A stretch of 64,000 nt of DNA, taken from the sequence record NC_041878.1. One strand, 5' to 3'. The position numbers and the translations under genes were made by a program. Position 1 is the first letter of the stretch. Each line of letters opens with the position of its first letter. Below the pieces are notes generated by a model. The model did no database searches. It saw only the letters and a list, made by a program, of their open reading frames with translations, and was not told the origin of the DNA. Of this stretch, positions 1-7,662 are shown one piece after another.

Positions 1-3
1 ACG

Positions 4-522
4 ATGACTTTTGAAATGACAGTAGAACAAATTCCGGTATCAATTGGTAGCTCATCCTTAGTTGGGGTTTCATCTGAATTTCCACGTGGTCATGGTAACT
101 ATATTAGTACTTTCAAACGTAGTAATGTAGCTACGACATATGAAATAGTAAATCTATCATATGAAGATTTGGTAGATGCCATTCATAAAGGTATCATCGA
201 CACTAACACAATGGAAGCTGAAGTTTATCACATTTCAGAAACCATGAAAGTTGCTTTTGTTATCGATAAACGTTTTCCTCCAATCTGCTTAACTCCTGAA
301 TGGTTTTATGGTAATCGTTCAAAAGTTAAAGTTGATATTGTGCGGCGGAAATATAATGTACCAGAATTGGTATGTTCGTGTGAATATGAAGATTCACGCA
401 ATGCAGCTATTATGTACAATTATTTTAGCTATAATATCCCTGATTGTATTGATATGAATGGTAAATGTATCGAATGTGGAACTTCCTATCGTTTAGTAAG
501 GAAAAAGAATTATGAAGCCTGA
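4..522 (+). CDS. hypothetical protein (172 aa)
   Basis: Long ORF, same strand as and coupled to downstream genes. Confidence 0.8.
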   Translation: MTFEMTVEQIPVSIGSSSLVGVSSEFPRGHGNYISTFKRSNVATTYEIVNLSYEDLVDAIHKGIIDTNTMEAEVYHISETMKVAFVIDKRFPPICLTPEWFYGNRSKVKVDIVRRKYNVPELVCSCEYEDSRNAAIMYNYFSYNIPDCIDMNGKCIECGTSYRLVRKKNYEA

Positions 523-640
523 ACAATGGATAATTGATGATATGCGAGCGATGCGAGCTATCAAAGAACGCACATATGAACAACAAGCGTACCTTGATTT
601 GCTTCAATGGTACTGCTCAGTACTGAACGGGAAAGCATAA
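512..640 (+). CDS. small hypothetical protein (42 aa, MKPEQWIIDD...)
   Basis: Not in ORF track; AAGGA upstream, TAA overlaps next ATG (TAATG coupling). Confidence 0.6.
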   Translation: MKPEQWIIDDMRAMRAIKERTYEQQAYLDLLQWYCSVLNGKA

Positions 641-954
641 TGAGTACTAATATCGTTTTACTTATCGTTTCGGGTATGCTGGTATTTGCTGCACTTCGTG
701 TGTACTTCGGTCATAAGAAGATCGTCAATGAACTGTACGCCCGACTTGTTGAAGATTCAGCAACTGCTGGTACAAAGAAAAGTCCATACACTATTCGCCG
801 CCAACATAGTTCTTATTCTGGACGTGATTACTATTACATCTATGAAGGTGATAATGTAGTTCAGACAAAGAACTTCTACACTGCAAAAGAAGCCCAAGTA
901 TCTATGAACGAATTAGAACAATTGGGTGGATACCAGAAGACGAAGGTGGTATAA
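640..954 (+). CDS. membrane-anchored protein, paralog 1 of 4 (SPY family)
   Basis: N-terminal hydrophobic helix, KSPY motif, LEQLGGY C-terminus; start moved to coupled ATG 640. Confidence 0.85.
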   Translation: MSTNIVLLIVSGMLVFAALRVYFGHKKIVNELYARLVEDSATAGTKKSPYTIRRQHSSYSGRDYYYIYEGDNVVQTKNFYTAKEAQVSMNELEQLGGYQKTKVV

Positions 955-1292
955 TGACAGACATTCAAATATTAATGTTTTGTACTATAGTGGTTAGTAT
1001 CTGTGCTTGTGTAATTCATAACAGTACTAAAACAATTGCTGCACGTTTACATTGTCGTGCAATGGGTATTGAGTATGAAGCACCAAAATCTCTACCACAT
1101 AGCCCCTATGGTGTAATTCACACTAATGCTAATGATGGTTCATGGGGATTTTGTGTTACAAAGAATGGAGAAATTTATCGTTCAAGTAAATATGCTTCTG
1201 CTCCAGTGTATAGCAACATTAAAAGTGCTATCACTGTAATGAACACATATGAAAAACTCGAAGGGTACAAAATAACTGTACTGGAGGATTAA
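954..1292 (+). CDS. membrane-anchored protein, paralog 2 of 4
   Basis: TM helix, SPYG, GSWGFCVTKNGE, YEKLEGY. Confidence 0.85.
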   Translation: MTDIQILMFCTIVVSICACVIHNSTKTIAARLHCRAMGIEYEAPKSLPHSPYGVIHTNANDGSWGFCVTKNGEIYRSSKYASAPVYSNIKSAITVMNTYEKLEGYKITVLED

Positions 1293-1609
1293 TGACAAGT
1301 ACTTTAATTATTTGCTGTACAATAGCTTTTTGTACTATTTGTTTGATGATTTGTAATGTACGAAAAGTAACAGCTAAGGTATATGCACAAGTTGCAACAT
1401 ACGATGCTTTACCAAAAAGCCCGTACAGTTTAATCCGAACAAAAAGTAGTTCAGGTGGTATTGGTTATAGCATTACAAAAAATGGTGAAATAATCTATAT
1501 TCCTAGTACTGATGATAAACAGTATGAAGTGTTTGGTAGTTTATCTAATGCTATTTTTCATATTAATACCCTAGAAAAAATTGAAGGTTATCGTTTAACT
1601 CAAGTTTAA
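1292..1609 (+). CDS. membrane-anchored protein, paralog 3 of 4
   Basis: TM helix, KSPYS, GGIGYSITKNGE, LEKIEGY. Confidence 0.85.
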   Translation: MTSTLIICCTIAFCTICLMICNVRKVTAKVYAQVATYDALPKSPYSLIRTKSSSGGIGYSITKNGEIIYIPSTDDKQYEVFGSLSNAIFHINTLEKIEGYRLTQV

Positions 1610-1618
1610 GGTATCATC

Positions 1619-1918
1619 ATGCAAATTATTGCTAGTATTGTGATCGCTGTGATTGTTATTTGTGTTATGGTGTACATGAACAAACGTACTGCTGCTAAAT
1701 TGTATGCAGATTTAGTACTGGATATTGATAAACCTGCAAGCCCATATGGTGTATCTCGTGAAATCTCTGAAGGTGGTTCATGGGGTTACTGTATCACTAA
1801 AGATGGTGAAGTAATGTATAGTGGTTCTAAAGCTAAGGTTTTTGATTCAGTTAATGCTGCTGTACGTGAAATTAATAAACTGGAAGCAGTACAAGGATTT
1901 AGGAAAACTCGTGTCTAA
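1619..1918 (+). CDS. membrane-anchored protein, paralog 4 of 4
   Basis: TM helix, SPYG, GSWGYCITKDGE, LEAVQGF. Confidence 0.85.
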   Translation: MQIIASIVIAVIVICVMVYMNKRTAAKLYADLVLDIDKPASPYGVSREISEGGSWGYCITKDGEVMYSGSKAKVFDSVNAAVREINKLEAVQGFRKTRV

Positions 1919-2114
1919 ATTTAAATTTGGAAAATGCCCTCAGTGTGGCTGTACTGGTATTCATGCTTGCATGGGTAAGCCTTTGAAAAAAGGGGTTGAC
2001 ATGTCAGAGCATTCAATGTATAGTACTTTGGAGGAAGCAATTGACCACATAAGAAAGTCAGAAGCTAAACGAAAAGGGGAACGTAAAAATGGCCGAAATG
2101 GTAGTAGTCGTTGA
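1911..2114 (+). CDS. small Cys-containing protein (CPQCGCTGIHAC)
   Basis: GTG start overlapping the previous stop; part of ORF 1821..2114. Confidence 0.55.
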   Translation: MSKFKFGKCPQCGCTGIHACMGKPLKKGVDMSEHSMYSTLEEAIDHIRKSEAKRKGERKNGRNGSSR

Positions 2115-2292
2115 GCACTATGAAACACGGTACGGCTATGAAGAAAAACGTATCTTCAAAGCGTTTACCAACATTGCTTCATTTGAAGATTATTGTATCA
2201 AAAACGGCATCCAAATTTTAAAAGGTGCTTTCGGCACTACTTATTATGACGATGATTATAGTTACATTGTAAATCACGTGGAGTGTTTATAA
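2089..2292 (+). CDS. hypothetical protein
   Basis: ORF with purine-rich RBS. Confidence 0.7.
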   Translation: MAEMVVVVEHYETRYGYEEKRIFKAFTNIASFEDYCIKNGIQILKGAFGTTYYDDDYSYIVNHVECL

Positions 2293-2327
2293 TGAAAGAT
2301 GAATTTCCTGACTACTAAGAGAAAACA

Positions 2328-2813
2328 ATGAAATTGAATCCAAACACCGTTATTAAAAAAGGTTTTGTAGTTGACATTTTTTCGTGGGAAAACGATGCTG
2401 ACGATTATAAGCATACGATCACTACAAGTCTAACTAAAGCCCAGGCTGATTTTCTGATCAACATTGCTCGTGCATTCATTTCTCGCAATGGTTCACGGAT
2501 CAACCGTAATGCAAGTGGTTTTGGTAATAATGAAATCACTCCTGAAGTTGTTGCGTTTTTGGAAGAACAAGTTGAATCACTTGGTGATGAAAAAGATTCT
2601 ATTATGGAACGCTTCGACCTTGAAGGTTATGAAGAATTCGGTGATTATGAATGGTTGGATTTCCTTCACGATTACGTACTTGGTTCACCAGTACAGTACG
2701 ATGATGATTTTTGTCGTGTAGTTGAAACAATTGAACTGAAAGAACTGACAGAAGATTTTGTTGTTCCTGATTTCAATCCACCGTTCAAACGCATTAGTTC
2801 AGAAACTTTGTAA
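2328..2813 (+). CDS. hypothetical phage protein (WENDADDY motif)
   Basis: 161-aa acidic ORF with RBS. Confidence 0.85.
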   Translation: MKLNPNTVIKKGFVVDIFSWENDADDYKHTITTSLTKAQADFLINIARAFISRNGSRINRNASGFGNNEITPEVVAFLEEQVESLGDEKDSIMERFDLEGYEEFGDYEWLDFLHDYVLGSPVQYDDDFCRVVETIELKELTEDFVVPDFNPPFKRISSETL

Positions 2814-2853
2814 TTTCTATAGTGCTGCATTATGCAGTACTTTTAATTAAGAG

Positions 2854-3132
2854 ATGGAACACATCATGTATACACCATTGTCTGAAGAACAGATCCAGAA
2901 AGTTAAGAAGTATAATGTAGATTCTGATTATGAAGCATATAAACGTGCTCAATCGATGATTGGTTGTAAAGTAATTAAAAGTTCCAAACGCCCTTTTAAA
3001 AGTACTTTAATTGTTAACACATGTAAAGGTGTTATTCGTAATCCATATACAAATCTTTGGGGAATAAAGTTCGAAGAAGATGATAGTATTGTGGATGTTA
3101 AACAAGTGAAAATTTACACTGAGACTGAATAA
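2854..3132 (+). CDS. hypothetical phage protein
   Basis: ORF coupled to next gene. Confidence 0.8.
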   Translation: MEHIMYTPLSEEQIQKVKKYNVDSDYEAYKRAQSMIGCKVIKSSKRPFKSTLIVNTCKGVIRNPYTNLWGIKFEEDDSIVDVKQVKIYTETE

Positions 3133-3578
3133 TGAAAAAACTTCTGTTAGTACTTGCAATTTTTACCCTGATTGGTTGTGATCCTTATCCTGCACAATCT
3201 GCACAACCAGAATCATCTCAACCAAGTGAAAGCACTGCTGCAAATACTGAAGCGGCTCAGGTTGAAACTGAGGTTGATGTAGAAGAAGACACTGATGACA
3301 ATGTTATTCAGATAGCACCTCAAACTAAAGAGCAAAAGAAAGAAGCGAAACGTGTTGATTATAAAGCACAAGAAAACATTCGTGTATCTGACAAAGAAGT
3401 TATTGTGTCCAAAGGTCGCAATGATAACGTACAAACCGTAAAACGTGTTGAAGATAAAGACGCTGTTTGTTGGGTCGTTATGAACACACATGAATGGTCT
3501 GGTTCTATTAGTTGTATCCCACGTGCACAACTTGCACCATCACAATCAACTGAACCTGCACCAGTAGCACAACAATAA
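3132..3578 (+). CDS. putative lipoprotein
   Basis: MKK + hydrophobic signal peptide + lipobox LIGC. Confidence 0.8.
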   Translation: MKKLLLVLAIFTLIGCDPYPAQSAQPESSQPSESTAANTEAAQVETEVDVEEDTDDNVIQIAPQTKEQKKEAKRVDYKAQENIRVSDKEVIVSKGRNDNVQTVKRVEDKDAVCWVVMNTHEWSGSISCIPRAQLAPSQSTEPAPVAQQ

Positions 3579-3582
3579 TCCA

Positions 3583-3625
3583 AAAGTACTCCTAAATAAT
3601 TAGCATATACAAATAGGAGTACTTT
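3583..3625 (+). promoter_or_regulatory. RBS-occluding hairpin containing late-type TAAATA promoter
   Basis: AAAGTACTCCTA (3583-3594) pairs with TAGGAGTACTTT (3614-3625); TAAATA at 3593-3598. Confidence 0.7.
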
Positions 3626-3757
3626 ATGATTCTTTTAAGTAAGATTTGGTCTATTCTAAAATCATTTTGGGCGGCTCTATGTGAAGAACCAGCCAACAAT
3701 GTTTTAGGACAGGATCTTCCACCAGATGAACCTTCAGACGAAGACCAATCACATTAA
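3626..3757 (+). CDS. small putative late protein (43 aa, MILLSKIWSILKSFW...)
   Basis: Not in ORF track; AGGAG RBS, followed by terminator. Confidence 0.7.
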   Translation: MILLSKIWSILKSFWAALCEEPANNVLGQDLPPDEPSDEDQSH

Positions 3758-3758
3758 T

Positions 3759-3787
3759 AAAAGGGAGCGGATTGCTCCCTGTTTTAT
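3759..3787 (+). terminator. intrinsic terminator
   Basis: GGGAGC-ggatt-GCTCCC followed by TGTTTT. Confidence 0.75.
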
Positions 3788-3811
3788 AATGCATAAGGAA
3801 ATGGATAAGAA

Positions 3812-4435
3812 GTGAGTGATTTAATAAACAGACACAATATTGTTGACCGATTTTTTAACAGTACTTCATTATTATCATTAAGTAAAGAAAGTACTGAAGA
3901 TGTTATGATTTTCGAAGTACCTGAGTTTTTAGAAATACGAAGATACCCTAAAGAAAACCGATATGTATTTTCCATGTTAATTAAAGGTACATTTGAAGAA
4001 GAAGAATATGATCATAACTATAGCCATTTTAATCCAGCTTCAAGGGGTAGGATAATGGTTAAGAAAACTCGTTCTAACTTAGTTGAAGTAATGCGTTATA
4101 CTGATGGTAATTTTAAAATGGTCAGTACTTCATCTGATAGTAAATGGATCGAGTTTGCTCGAAGGGCTATAATGGTTCCTGGCGGTGGCCGTCAAGTAAA
4201 AGAAGAATTAGTCAGTACTTTAGATATGGAATATACTAAGCTTCCATTAACTGAAGAATATCATTTTCAAAGGATGACAACCAATGAAGGTTTAATTCTG
4301 GAGTTAGAGTACTGTTTGAAAGTACAACAAATTATTGAATTCATTGATAGCATTGGTAGTATTATTGCTGTTGATTCAAATAACAATTTAACAATACCTC
4401 TATTGTTCACGGAAAGATTAAGCGGGGATGCCTGA
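3812..4435 (+). CDS. hypothetical protein (207 aa)
   Basis: Long ORF; stop codon lies inside tRNA-Cys. Confidence 0.8.
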   Translation: MSDLINRHNIVDRFFNSTSLLSLSKESTEDVMIFEVPEFLEIRRYPKENRYVFSMLIKGTFEEEEYDHNYSHFNPASRGRIMVKKTRSNLVEVMRYTDGNFKMVSTSSDSKWIEFARRAIMVPGGGRQVKEELVSTLDMEYTKLPLTEEYHFQRMTTNEGLILELEYCLKVQQIIEFIDSIGSIIAVDSNNNLTIPLLFTERLSGDA

Positions 4436-4499
4436 GTTGGCTTAAAGGAGCGGATTGCAAATCCGATGTTCGTGGGTTCGAATCCCACTCCCTGCTCCA
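4422..4499 (+). tRNA. tRNA-Cys(GCA)
   Basis: Acceptor GCGGGGA/TCCCTGC, loop TTGCAAA, GGTTCGAATCC T-arm, U73, encoded CCA. Confidence 0.95.
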
Positions 4500-4512
4500 A
4501 TTTTGATAAGGA

Positions 4513-4878
4513 ATGTATATGCACCATTTTAATAGTTTAAAAGAAATTGCTCAGTTCTTTGATAAGAACTACTATCACTTTCTCAGATATGAAGATCACA
4601 CCATTGAGTATAACGGTATTACATACCTAATGGAACTTGATGAAGACGCACCAGTACCGCTAGTTAAGATTGGGTACTTTGATGATGAAGGTGATTTGAA
4701 TCTTCTTCTATGTGTTGTGGACTTCGGTTTACTAATCAACACGGATATTACCGATGATGAGCGTCCAGACATTTACGAGTACTGTACTATTATTCGTGAT
4801 GAATTGTTTGATTTAAATCTTTACGATCTTGCTCGCTTCAACTTTGTTTTGGAACGTGCAAAAAAAGATATGGGTTAA
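4513..4878 (+). CDS. hypothetical acidic protein
   Basis: ORF with AAGGA RBS. Confidence 0.8.
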   Translation: MYMHHFNSLKEIAQFFDKNYYHFLRYEDHTIEYNGITYLMELDEDAPVPLVKIGYFDDEGDLNLLLCVVDFGLLINTDITDDERPDIYEYCTIIRDELFDLNLYDLARFNFVLERAKKDMG

Positions 4879-4989
4879 ACTGGTGTGGTTTTATACAGTG
4901 CTTAAAGTACTGAAATAAAACCACAAAACACCTTGACAGTGGCATCCTCTCATGGCAAAATATACGCATGTTGAATGAGAGGACGAGCT

Positions 4990-5178
4990 ATGATGATTAC
5001 TCAGGAACGATTAAACGAGATTGAGCAAGAACTCTTGAAAATTCAGCTTGAACTGAATGAGGCGATTGTAACTGACAACAATTCGAAACAGTTTGGTATT
5101 ACTTTGTTTCAACGTGATTCAGTCAATAGTATTAGTCGTGCTCGTCAACACATTGGTAAGCTCTCAGAATTGTTGTGA
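4990..5178 (+). CDS. small coiled-coil protein, paralog of 5186..5383
   Basis: ITQERLNEIEQELLKIQLEL vs ITPERLNELEQQLMQIQHEL; sigma70-like promoter TTGACA 4933 upstream. Confidence 0.75.
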   Translation: MMITQERLNEIEQELLKIQLELNEAIVTDNNSKQFGITLFQRDSVNSISRARQHIGKLSELL

Positions 5179-5185
5179 GGATTAT

Positions 5186-5383
5186 ATGTCAAAAATAACA
5201 CCGGAACGGTTGAATGAACTCGAACAGCAGTTGATGCAAATTCAACATGAATTGCAAACCGTTGTTAGCCCTGTCAATTCAGATAATAATGTATTACTGA
5301 AGTACGCACAGGATCAGGCTGTTGGTCATGCACATAATACTCGTGTATGGGTAGAAGTACTGAAAGGTTATTTGGTCAGTTAG
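5186..5383 (+). CDS. small coiled-coil protein, paralog of 4990..5178
   Basis: GAGG RBS; stop TAG lies inside downstream tRNA. Confidence 0.75.
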   Translation: MSKITPERLNELEQQLMQIQHELQTVVSPVNSDNNVLLKYAQDQAVGHAHNTRVWVEVLKGYLVS

Positions 5384-5449
5384 TTCAGTTGGTAGAACGC
5401 TGCACTCATAATGCAGAAGTCACTGGATCGTAGCCAGTACTGACCACCA
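5374..5449 (+). tRNA. tRNA with CAT anticodon (elongator Met or Ile2)
   Basis: Acceptor GGTCAGT/ACTGACC, stem CTGCA/TGCAG, loop CTCATAA, A73, CCA; atypical T-loop ATCGTAG. Confidence 0.9.
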
Positions 5450-5467
5450 ATTTGACGGAGTGATTAT

Positions 5468-5689
5468 ATGTTTAAAAGTTTATTTTGCAAACATCAATAT
5501 CATATCAATCTAATTTCTGTTAAAAACCACAAAAGTGCTTTTGATGCAGACATTAAGTACAAGATAACGTACAATGCAATATGCACTATATGCAACAAAG
5601 TAAAAATCAATTCATTTAATATCAAAAGTGATGAAGAATTGGTCAACTGTGCTCAATTATCTGACGAACATTTACACGGAGTTAATTAA
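5468..5689 (+). CDS. small Cys/His protein (CKH...CTIC)
   Basis: ORF with GGAG RBS. Confidence 0.7.
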   Translation: MFKSLFCKHQYHINLISVKNHKSAFDADIKYKITYNAICTICNKVKINSFNIKSDEELVNCAQLSDEHLHGVN

Positions 5690-5884
5690 ATGTCTGTATT
5701 CTTAGCAATACTGTTCATGATTATCTGTTGGGTAATTGGTTTACTTGTTTTTGCCAACTTTGGTATTGCTGCACCGCAGTACGGTTCGGATAAGTTTAAA
5801 CGCAATTATTACATAAAGTTTGTTTTGGGTTTGGTAGTACTGTTTATCGGGCTTCCTGGTCTTGGGTTTTATATTGCCCTGTAA
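5690..5884 (+). CDS. small 2-TM membrane protein
   Basis: Two hydrophobic segments. Confidence 0.75.
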   Translation: MSVFLAILFMIICWVIGLLVFANFGIAAPQYGSDKFKRNYYIKFVLGLVVLFIGLPGLGFYIAL

Positions 5885-5908
5885 TTAAATTAAAAAATAT
5901 AAAAATAA

Positions 5909-5938
5909 ATGAAACGATAGAAAAAAATGTGGTATAAT
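5909..5938 (+). promoter_or_regulatory. promoter of tRNA cluster (ATGAAA-N18-TATAAT, extended -10)
   Basis: TGTGGTATAAT about 17 nt upstream of the tRNA. Confidence 0.7.
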
Positions 5939-5954
5939 AATCACATAAAGGAAA

Positions 5955-6032
5955 TGCGGAGTAGAGCAGTCTGGTTAGCTTGCAAGGCTCATAACCTTGA
6001 GGTCGGTGGTTCAAATCCATCCTCCGCATCCA
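5955..6032 (+). tRNA. initiator-like tRNA-Met(CAT), atypical
   Basis: TGCGGAG/CTCCGCA acceptor, A11:U24, fMet-like D arm, TTCAAAT T-loop, CTCATAA loop, CCA. Confidence 0.9.
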
Positions 6033-6098
6033 ATTATTGAGAATCAAGTAGTAGCAATCGACCACTGTATTAACGCAACTCGATGCTTGATTCGATTA

Positions 6099-6171
6099 GG
6101 GGCTATAGCTCAGTTGGGAGAGCGTCTGCCTTGCACGTAGAAGGTCAACGGTTCGAACCCGTTTAGCTCCA
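6099..6171 (+). tRNA. tRNA-Ala(TGC)
   Basis: GGGGCTA/TAGCTCC with G3:U70, loop CTTGCAC; CCA not encoded. Confidence 0.95.
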
Positions 6172-6211
6172 CAAAGTACTATATACTTATCGTCTAAAGT
6201 TTAACTTGCAT

Positions 6212-6294
6212 AACAGACAGCACTTGTTGTAATAGTTGAATAGGATACTGATTCGCTCGCAGGAGGTTTCGGGGATACAAGTGAAAGTCTTGTT
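6212..6294 (+). ncRNA. candidate structured small RNA
   Basis: AACAGAC..CACTTGT pairs with ACAAGTG..GTCTTGTT; GC-richer core; co-transcribed with tRNAs. Confidence 0.4.
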
Positions 6295-6365
6295 GAGTAT
6301 ACCAATTTTAAGTAACACAAAAGTAAGTAACTAAGAAACTCAATCAAAAACCAATGAGGTATATC

Positions 6366-7052
6366 ATGCAAGTAGAATTTAAAAACGCACTTTTCGGTCT
6401 GGAAGATTACGATTTCGCAGTAGTATCTGGTGACACTCTTATCATCGCACTGAAAACTCGCGAAATTCATCTGGAATTCGAATCTGAAGAAGAAGCATTT
6501 GATGCTAAATCAGAACTCGCAGTTGTAATTGAAGCTGCAAAAGCCGATTCCATTTCGATCACTGATGTACTGGAAGAAGCAGCAAGCGTAGTAACTGGTC
6601 TGTTCGGTGGTCTGGTTAGCTCTGTAAAAGCTAAAGCTACTAAAGCATCTTCTACTGTAGAAGCTCGTGCTGCTAAAGTTGTTGCGGATCTGGAAGAAGT
6701 ACTGGATACCGTTGCACGTTCTAAAGCTGAACCACGCAATACCGCTAAAGATTCTGCTGATGCAGAAAGCGTATTCGGTACTACTCGCACTGCACGTAAC
6801 TCTGCTGCTGATACTGTAGTATCTGAACTGTCTGATAATGCACTTCGTGTTGCAATTTCTGACAAAGCTGATCATCTGGTAGAAAACGATACTCGCGTTA
6901 AAGCACTTGTTGCACAGCTTCGCACTTTCCACAGCGATGAAGAAGTTGATGACGTGATTCAGCAACATAAAGACCAGATCTTCCGTATTGCTCGTGCAAA
7001 CGACCATCTGACTGTTAACGAAGTCTTTGTTGAACTGCTTCGCGGTCTGTAA
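6366..7052 (+). CDS. highly expressed Ala/Glu-rich protein of unknown function
   Basis: GAGGT RBS before ATG 6366; strong optimal-codon bias (CTG, CGT, GCT, ACT). Confidence 0.9.
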   Translation: MQVEFKNALFGLEDYDFAVVSGDTLIIALKTREIHLEFESEEEAFDAKSELAVVIEAAKADSISITDVLEEAASVVTGLFGGLVSSVKAKATKASSTVEARAAKVVADLEEVLDTVARSKAEPRNTAKDSADAESVFGTTRTARNSAADTVVSELSDNALRVAISDKADHLVENDTRVKALVAQLRTFHSDEEVDDVIQQHKDQIFRIARANDHLTVNEVFVELLRGL

Positions 7053-7066
7053 TCTGAATTAAAAAT

Positions 7067-7093
7067 ACAAGGCAGCCATTGGCTGCCTTTTTT
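7067..7093 (+). terminator. intrinsic terminator
   Basis: AAGGCAGCC-att-GGCTGCCTT followed by T run. Confidence 0.85.
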
Positions 7094-7107
7094 CGTTTAA
7101 GGACTAT

Positions 7108-7647
7108 ATGAAAATAACAGAACAATATAGAAGTGTTGGTGTACAAGAGTACTATCAAAATGAAGAAACACAACGCACATATGAAAACCCACACGCTGAA
7201 TTCGTAACCAAAAGCTTCCTGACAGCCTTTCATGAGTACTTTACCGAAGATGCTACAGTACTTGATCTATGCTCCGGTAATGGCATTATAAGCTCTGTAC
7301 TGAAGTCCTGTGGAGTACAGAATATAGAGGGTGCAGACAAATATATGTATGAACGGTACACAGAAGAAACTGGTTTCGTTTGTCATCCATATTCGTTTGA
7401 AGATATAGCAGATTTCAATGTGCAATTCGAGAAGTATTATGATGTTATAGTATGTAGTTATGCATTTGATATTGTACCTGATTCATACAGGAATAAACTT
7501 CTGTACGCATTAAGTACTTATGCTGATGCATTGATCCTGATTAGGCCGAACTCACATATTCTAGAATCCGATATGTGGGAATTAAATTTTCGTACAAAAG
7601 TACATAAAAGCACTACCACTGTATACAAGAAAAAAAGGCACTCATAA
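7108..7647 (+). CDS. class I SAM-dependent methyltransferase
   Basis: Motif I VLDLCSGNG, acidic motif II region (GAD), YDVIVCSYAF. Confidence 0.8.
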   Translation: MKITEQYRSVGVQEYYQNEETQRTYENPHAEFVTKSFLTAFHEYFTEDATVLDLCSGNGIISSVLKSCGVQNIEGADKYMYERYTEETGFVCHPYSFEDIADFNVQFEKYYDVIVCSYAFDIVPDSYRNKLLYALSTYADALILIRPNSHILESDMWELNFRTKVHKSTTTVYKKKRHS

Positions 7648-7660
7648 AGAGTGCCTTTTG
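7633..7660. terminator. bidirectional terminator
   Basis: AAAAGGCACTC-ataaa-GAGTGCCTTTT between convergent genes. Confidence 0.85.
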
Positions 7661-7662
7661 TT

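Noticed and set aside
6099-6173. tRNA-Ala lacking CCA as a prophage attachment site
   Set aside because: No integrase and no duplicated tRNA 3' end in the window; CCA can be added post-transcriptionally.
6467-7007. Antisense ORFs 6467..6865 and 6510..7007
   Set aside because: Shadow frames of the highly codon-biased gene 6366..7052.
7108-7647. SAM methyltransferase as the enzyme that modifies AGTACT
   Set aside because: It has motif I but no DPPY/NPPY/SPPY or PC catalytic motif, and is too short for a DNA methyltransferase with a target recognition domain.
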